In this document: piece by piece, positions 27,289-32,000 of the stretch
How positions within the stretch are numbered: position 1 is the stretch's first letter
Layout: every line of letters starts with the position of its first letter
DNA from: Trichodesmium erythraeum IMS101
GTDB taxonomy: Bacteria; Cyanobacteriota; Cyanobacteriia; Cyanobacteriales; Microcoleaceae
DNA: 32,000 nucleotides
Reading direction: 5' to 3'
NCBI RefSeq assembly: GCF_000014265.1
Contig: NC_008312.1
Location: forward strand, 1,350,001-1,382,000
Notes under the pieces: model-generated
Databases searched by the model: none
What the model saw: only the letters and a program-made list of their open reading frames with translations
Told to the model about the DNA's origin: nothing
Program-made: the position numbers and the translations under genes

Positions 27289-29997
27289 ATGACGGATAGA
27301 AAACTCTTAATGGAACAAATTCAGGACCACCTAAACCAGAGTTTACAACTTCAAGATTCACAAGTTCAAGTAAACGTAATAAGAATGTCAACAGGTGGGC
27401 TAAAAATTATAATTATTACTAGTTTATTTCAGGAACAATCTTTAGAAGAGCGAGAAGACAAAATTGATGAAATATTAGCAAATATAGATTTGAATTTGAA
27501 TAAATATCCAATTTTAAGCTATGATTTGTTAACTCCTGAAGAAGCAATAGAAGAACCTTTTGAATCTACTCAACCTCAGTTACCTTTGTGGTCAAATATT
27601 TTAATGGCACCAGAACCTGATGTACAAAAAAAATCAGATGAAGAAGATATTTTTAAAACTCCTTTAGTTGTGACATTCTATTCTTTTCGAGGAGGGGTTG
27701 GTCGTTCTACGGCATTGGGTTTAGTTGCTGGAATATTAGCTACTGAAAAAAAACGTCGAGTAGTAATACTAGATTTTGATTTAGAAGCACCAGGAATTTC
27801 AATTTTATTGGAGCCAGATATTTCTAAATTGAGTCCAGAAAATTATGGTGTATTAGATTATTTATACCAACGCTTTATCTCCCCGGAAGAAAATTTTCCT
27901 CCCATTGAACGTTGTATTTATCAAGTAAAATTAAAAGCCCGCGGTGACTTATTTGTGGTTCCGGTTGGGGAATATGATGAATATTATATTCATCGTTTAG
28001 CTGAACTAGACAGGGGTACTTTGCAGGCTTTTTATCATCGAGAAAATAATCCAGTTGAACAACTAATTGAAGATATTAAAAAGCAATTAAATCCTGATGT
28101 GATTTTAATTGATGCCCGTCCTGGATTTAATGATACTAGTGCTATTGCTTTATTAGATTTAGCTGATACAGGAATTATCTGTTTTTCACCTACTGACCAA
28201 AGTTTTAAAGGATTAAGTTGGGTGGTAAAAAGTGTTCGTAAACAATGGGAATATCAAGGGAAACCAGATTTGAGTTTTGTCCTAACACCTATACCTCCTG
28301 TTGCTCAAGAACAACGTCAAGTTTGGATAAGTAATGTTGAAGATTGGATAGAAGAAAACTGGGGGTTACCAAATGATAAAACAGTCAGCGACACTTACTA
28401 TGAAGTTAACTACAATCCTACCCTTAGCACTTTATCAAGTCTAGTTAATAATTTACCTAAAAGTTTACTGGATAATTATCTTTCAATTGCAGAATCAATT
28501 GATGCTAGTTTGCCAGATATTAAACCTCATTTAAAAACCACTAATGTTCTTAATAAAGATACTAAAGAAGCTGTTTTAAAGGAGTTAAAATTTTCAGCAG
28601 TAACAGCACAAGATATAGAAGTAGAAAAGATTCCAGATATATTCCAACGCACAGGAGATTTCCCCAATTTTTTAAACGATAAAACTTGGTTGATTCGAGG
28701 TGCAAAAGGAACAGGAAAAAGCTTATTATTTAGACTTTTTGTAGAACAAACATTAAAAGACAAAGCAAAAAAATTAGCTGAAGAATCTGGTAAAAACATA
28801 GATAATTTTTATTGTATTCCTGGTCATGGTAAAGCTACAATAAAAAGGTCTATTTTAGAGGGTACCGCCCTAGCTAGTTATGAAGAGCAGGCGGGAGATA
28901 ATTGCTGGAGATGTTTTTGGTCAAATTATGCTTTATTACAATTATGTTATTCTTTGCCACAAAAGTCGCTCCCTAATATTAATGAGAATTTAAAAGCTTT
29001 AATAGATACTGAGGAACCCAGAAGCGGTGATATAGTTTCGTGGTTAGTTGACCAAGCAAAATCATCAACAGCTAGTGTCGAAACTCTTGATCAACTACGA
29101 GATGTTAACTCATACTTACAAGAAAATAATCGGCGAGTGTGGCTCCTCTATGATGAGTTAGATACAGGATTTGGCCATAGTCAAGAAGACTATCGGCGAC
29201 GAAGAGAAGCATTAGAAGCTTTGCTGGCTTGGTGGTTAGAAAGTGGTATCAGCCTGGAATATATTGTGCCTAAGATATTTTTACGAGAGGATATTTGGAA
29301 TAAACTTAACTTTACTAACAAAGGACATTTTGCCAGTGGGCGAACGCTTGAATTGAAGTGGGAAGAAGCTGATCTGTGGCGACTTGTACTGCGCCAAGCT
29401 CTTCAATTATCTGATAGTCTTAGTCAAACTATTAGTCAGGAGTCAGGAGTAACAGTTGAACGACTTGAGAAGACTGAATTAAAGCAATTACGCCAAAGCC
29501 TTTTTCCTCTGTGGGGAGAAAAGATGGGTAGTGGCAACAAGAGTTACATTTACAACTGGATACGGAAACGAACCGCTGACAGCCAAGATAATAGTTTTCC
29601 CCGAAGCTTGATATTACTTTTAGAGCAAGCAGTCGAAAGAGAGAAAAATTACTCCAAAGAATATAGTGATCCAAGAATTTTGCGCCCAAAGTCATTAACT
29701 GATGCTTTGCCAGAGGTATCTAAGCAGCGTGTCGATGAAGTGTGCAACGAATATCCCGAACTTGAGGCACTGTTAAAGAAACTCCGGGGTGAACGCTCAC
29801 CTATTGATGAAAAACAACTAACAAAAATATGGAACATTAAAGGTACAAAGTTAAATGCTCGTCTCCAGGAAATGATTGATGCAGGTATTTTTAAAGAGTA
29901 TTCACGCCGTAAAAATGTCTCCCCAGATGTCCGGGTTTATAGTGTTGCTGAACTATATTTGTATGGATTGGGTATGACTCGTAAGGGACAGCGCTAG
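27289..29997 (+). CDS. 902-aa three-module NTPase: small N-terminal domain, ParA/MinD-fold P-loop with variant RGGVGRS Walker A, and a second P-loop ATPase with helical C-terminus
   Basis: AAGGAG at 27276-27281 lies 7 nt before the ATG. The first Walker A is SFRGGVGRST (27682-27711), with VILIDARPG at 28099-28125. The second Walker A is GAKGTGKS (28699-28722), with Walker B VWLLYDELD at 29137-29163. From memory these resemble the NCBI families named 'KGGVGR-motif variant AAA ATPase' and 'P-loop ATPase, Sll1717 family'. That recollection is unverified. Confidence 0.8.
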   Translation: MTDRKLLMEQIQDHLNQSLQLQDSQVQVNVIRMSTGGLKIIIITSLFQEQSLEEREDKIDEILANIDLNLNKYPILSYDLLTPEEAIEEPFESTQPQLPLWSNILMAPEPDVQKKSDEEDIFKTPLVVTFYSFRGGVGRSTALGLVAGILATEKKRRVVILDFDLEAPGISILLEPDISKLSPENYGVLDYLYQRFISPEENFPPIERCIYQVKLKARGDLFVVPVGEYDEYYIHRLAELDRGTLQAFYHRENNPVEQLIEDIKKQLNPDVILIDARPGFNDTSAIALLDLADTGIICFSPTDQSFKGLSWVVKSVRKQWEYQGKPDLSFVLTPIPPVAQEQRQVWISNVEDWIEENWGLPNDKTVSDTYYEVNYNPTLSTLSSLVNNLPKSLLDNYLSIAESIDASLPDIKPHLKTTNVLNKDTKEAVLKELKFSAVTAQDIEVEKIPDIFQRTGDFPNFLNDKTWLIRGAKGTGKSLLFRLFVEQTLKDKAKKLAEESGKNIDNFYCIPGHGKATIKRSILEGTALASYEEQAGDNCWRCFWSNYALLQLCYSLPQKSLPNINENLKALIDTEEPRSGDIVSWLVDQAKSSTASVETLDQLRDVNSYLQENNRRVWLLYDELDTGFGHSQEDYRRRREALEALLAWWLESGISLEYIVPKIFLREDIWNKLNFTNKGHFASGRTLELKWEEADLWRLVLRQALQLSDSLSQTISQESGVTVERLEKTELKQLRQSLFPLWGEKMGSGNKSYIYNWIRKRTADSQDNSFPRSLILLLEQAVEREKNYSKEYSDPRILRPKSLTDALPEVSKQRVDEVCNEYPELEALLKKLRGERSPIDEKQLTKIWNIKGTKLNARLQEMIDAGIFKEYSRRKNVSPDVRVYSVAELYLYGLGMTRKGQR

Positions 29998-30008
29998 GCC
30001 AAAAATAT

Positions 30009-30250
30009 TCAGGGCTTACTTATAGCCACCTTAATATAGTAGGGTTTTTCATCTTGTGGAGCACTCCGTTGACCTTTACAAATTTGATATATTGTTACCC
30101 TTGCCCTTGTAATTGGAGTAGTGTTTTATAGTTTAGCGATCGCCGATGCCTTTTTTTCGCCATTGGTTAAACCTTTGAGTTGTTGAGCATTATAGTAAAT
30201 AATCATAACTCGAGTAGCTACTACTAAGTTGAGTCTGACAAAACAACCCT
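30009..30250 (-). pseudogene. Remnant of a second CHAT-domain gene (middle part only, with an in-frame stop; catalytic part missing)
   Basis: The minus strand reads FVRLNLVVATRVMIIYYNAQQLKGLTNGEKKASAIAKL*NTTPITRARV. The intact CHAT ORF in this window has LFNQNLVVGNPVMPIDHNGQQLKALPNAEKEASAIAQLLNTIPITGIRA. Confidence 0.65.
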
Positions 30251-31088
30251 ATATAGTTGAGATATTCCCCGCTACCCTTAACAAGGGGGGAGCTAACAAA
30301 AAGTTCCCCTTTTAAAAGCAGGGGATCGTAAATTTACCCCATAAGTGTGGAAGTTACTATCTTTTTTTAATTCAACTTTTGCACCGTTGCCCAGCCTAAA
30401 CTATTCACCTTACGGGGTGACAAGCAGCTCAAAACACGGGCAGGTCAGGGAAAGCCAGGAAAGCTGAAGGGCGGGGAACCTGTGTTTGTTTTTTTTATTC
30501 GCGTCCGCGTCCTGCATATCTATCGTAGTATCCCACCTGTTGAACCCCCCTGGCGCCCTTGGAGCCCTACCCTAGAGGAGTGACTAACAGTCTATTCGCT
30601 ACAAGAAATTGACTTACTACCCTTGCTATTTGTTTATTTTCCGGCATTACCGTCAGCAGAAAGTCAAAAAGGGCTGACTTCTTCTTAGTAGAGCGAGAAT
30701 TTTAGCCATGGATGTCGTTAGCAATATCCCCTCAGGGCAACCCAAGCAAAATAGGTGCAGGTGTAAGTATAAATTGAGCGATCGCCTCCTTTGAGTACAC
30801 TATAAATAATTAAATAAATTTGGTTAGGACTCATTACAGTTTGAATAAATACATACTTAAAAAACCTAGCGTTGGTTATTTTCGCGCGTAATTGTACTTT
30901 AATAGCGATCTCCTAAACCCCTTTTTCTTACTAGAAAAACATTTTCTATTTTGCCAAATTATGATTTCATCATGATTCACCTATTTAATGGCAAAATTTA
31001 GGTTTCAAAAGGTTTTTAATATTATGAAGTGGAGATGTAGCTACCCCTGAGCTTTGCCTTTCATATTAGCAATAGTCAAAACCCTAAA

Positions 31089-31135
31089 AAAACAGAAAAT
31101 AAACAGAAAATAAACAGAAAATAAACAGAAAATAA
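31089..31135 (+). repeat. 11-bp tandem repeat (aaacagaaaat) x4
   Basis: acag recurs at 31092, 31103, 31114 and 31125. Confidence 0.9.
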
Positions 31136-31352
31136 TTAGTTTTGTTCTTTAAGTTCCTAGGCAAAATTAATTACCTGATTTTATTCACAAATCATTATAG
31201 AATATATACTTTTTTCATTTAAATATGTGTAATTAACTCCGTATAACTAGTTAACTATAGATAAAATTTTTACCACTATTTCACCACTAATTATTAAACA
31301 GATTAATATCTGAATCAATAATTATTTTAGCGCAATTCCATCATTTAAAGAC

Positions 31353-31381
31353 TTGACATTTTTAACAAAATAATGTAAATT
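31353..31381 (+). promoter_or_regulatory. Candidate sigma70-type promoter: TTGACA-17 nt-TAAATT
   Basis: A consensus -35 TTGACA lies at 31353-31358. An exact 17-nt spacer follows, then a -10-like TAAATT at 31376-31381. This is a sequence pattern only. Confidence 0.35.
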
Positions 31382-31399
31382 TATATACATTATTAAACT

Positions 31400-31440
31400 A
31401 ACAGCCCTATTTGTTTGAAATAAAGGGGCTGTTTTTTATT
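31400..31440 (+). terminator. Rho-independent terminator-like hairpin
   Basis: aacagccc (31400-31407) pairs with gggctgtt (31426-31433). The loop is about 18 nt and the stem is followed by a T-run (ttttttatt). Confidence 0.55.
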
Positions 31441-31499
31441 GATTTTTACTAAACTTAGAAGTCAGTCAAACTCAATTATACTCAATTACCTAACAATTT

Positions 31500-32000
31500 A
31501 TGCAACCAATATCTCATCAATCAAATAAATGGTTTGTTATTGGAATAGCTAGCATATTTCTATTTTCAGCAATTCTGAGATTTTGGCAATTAGGTCGTTT
31601 TAATACCCTCGTTTTTGACGAGGTTTATTATGCTAAATTTGCTAATAACTATCTTACTCAAACTGAATTTTTTAACGCCCATCCTCCCCTCAGTCAATAT
31701 ATAATTGCAATTGGTATTTGGATAGGTTCTCATTTACCCTTTGGGCAAGAAATAGTTAATAATGAAACAGGTTCTACTTTAGCCGCTTGGAGTTATCGGT
31801 GGGTAAATGCTTTAACAGGTTCATTTATTCCTCTGGTAGTGGGAGCGATCGCCTATAAATTAACACACCGTTGGAGTTATAGTTTGATAGCTACTTTACT
31901 CATGGCTTTAGACGGATTATTTTTAGTTGAGTCTCGTTATGCTCTGAATAATATTTATCTAGTAATTTTTGGATTATTAGCTCATTTGTGTTTAATTGTT
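31500..32000 (+). CDS. Dolichyl-phosphate-mannose-protein mannosyltransferase-like (GT39/PMT_2) membrane glycosyltransferase; 3' end beyond the window
   Basis: From ATG 31500 there are 167 codons open to the window end; I checked them codon by codon and found no stop. The product reads MQPISHQSNKWFVIGIASIFLFSAILRFWQLGRFNTLVFDEVYYAKFANNYL...FFNAHPPLSQY. The FDE(V)YYA...HPPL motif is typical of PMT-family transferases. The ORF is absent from the track because it has no stop in the window. Confidence 0.8.
   Translation, partial: MQPISHQSNKWFVIGIASIFLFSAILRFWQLGRFNTLVFDEVYYAKFANNYLTQTEFFNAHPPLSQYIIAIGIWIGSHLPFGQEIVNNETGSTLAAWSYRWVNALTGSFIPLVVGAIAYKLTHRWSYSLIATLLMALDGLFLVESRYALNNIYLVIFGLLAHLCLIV

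Noticed and set aside
7318-29837. Track ORFs lying antisense to, or out of frame within, well-supported genes: 7318-7527(-), 8555-8917(+), 9128-9358(+), 10207-10458(+), 10678-11298(+), 11323-11550(+), 16671-17039(+), 22117-22305(-), 22365-22601(-), 22783-23016(-), 23655-23849(-), 24423-24626(+), 24950-25231(-), 24990-25172(+), 25440-25634(+), 28527-28799(-), 29432-29695(-), 29649-29837(-)
   Set aside because: These are shadow ORFs inside long genes with clear family signatures. Their products are low-complexity or show no recognisable motif. The largest, 10678-11298, is the mirror of the hydrophobic antiporter gene.
473-29997. Do the ParA-like module of the 902-aa protein and the hairpin array act as a partition (ParA/centromere) system?
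   Set aside because: The two are about 23 kb apart and no ParB or adaptor gene is present. The Walker A is the RGGVGRS variant rather than the deviant KGGxxK[ST] of partition ATPases, and the module is fused to a second P-loop domain. The centromere-like idea for the array is kept only as one hypothesis, independent of this gene.
26791-29997. Absence of HIP1 (GCGATCGC) from the HEPN-ATPase cassette as evidence of foreign origin
   Set aside because: The window has 11 HIP1 sites in 32 kb, so about one is expected in 3.2 kb. Zero is not significant, and base composition looks similar to the neighbouring genes by eye.
30425-30497. SRP (4.5S) RNA-like string caggtcagggaaagccaggaaagctgaagggc; also tmRNA, RNase P RNA and group II intron domain V
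   Set aside because: There is only loose resemblance to the AGGUC...GGAA...AGCAGC helix-8 motifs. I could not place a GNRA tetraloop closed by proper pairs, nor pair the 5'/3' ends. No match to remembered tmRNA or RNase P conserved blocks was found. A covariance-model scan is needed before any such call.
1-32000. tRNA, rRNA or other canonical RNA genes
   Set aside because: I found no T-loop/acceptor-stem pattern and no rRNA-like conserved block. The only GTTCAAATCC-like string, at about 14246, lies inside the IS630 relic and has no pairing arms.

Overview
This is a cyanobacterial chromosomal segment, AT-rich (roughly one-third G+C by eye). I recognise it by 11 HIP1 octamers (GCGATCGC), heptamer STRR-like repeats and gene content: COP23, a ChlH-type chelatase, TPR-CHAT, a 4-Cys Ser/Thr kinase and IS630/IS701/IS5 relics. 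It is probably a filamentous cyanobacterium with a repeat- and pseudogene-rich genome. Only about 17 kb of 32 kb (about 53%) is intact coding sequence. Order along the window: IS701-like transposase 3' part (3-455) | 3.4-kb three-level tandem array (473-3866) | COP23 gene | diverged mini-array of the same repeat family | TPR ORF and CHAT ORF separated by a single in-frame TAA | convergent Ser/Thr kinase | CPA1 antiporter with RCK domain | about 3.8-kb decay zone with two convergent IS630 relics | YyaL-like thioredoxin-domain protein | decayed beta-propeller gene | ribokinase | 1.2-kb AT-rich gap | IS5-type fragment fused to an inverted, internally deleted second copy of the COP23 locus | ChlH/BchH-family chelatase | REP-like hairpins + decayed RAYT + 267-bp tandem duplication | HEPN gene + 902-aa double-P-loop ATPase gene | CHAT-gene remnant and a GC-rich ORF-free island | 5' part of a GT39/PMT-type glycosyltransferase. 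There are two best candidates for something undescribed. (1) The HEPN + (variant ParA-like P-loop + second P-loop) ATPase cassette at 26.8-30.0 kb sits between mobile-element debris and looks like an NTPase-effector conflict/defence module that I cannot assign to a named system. (2) The 3.4-kb non-coding hierarchical hairpin array has diverged units that also bracket the neighbouring COP23 and TPR-CHAT genes. I recognised no rRNA, tRNA or CRISPR array. All calls rest on reading the sequence and the supplied translations; no database search was possible.
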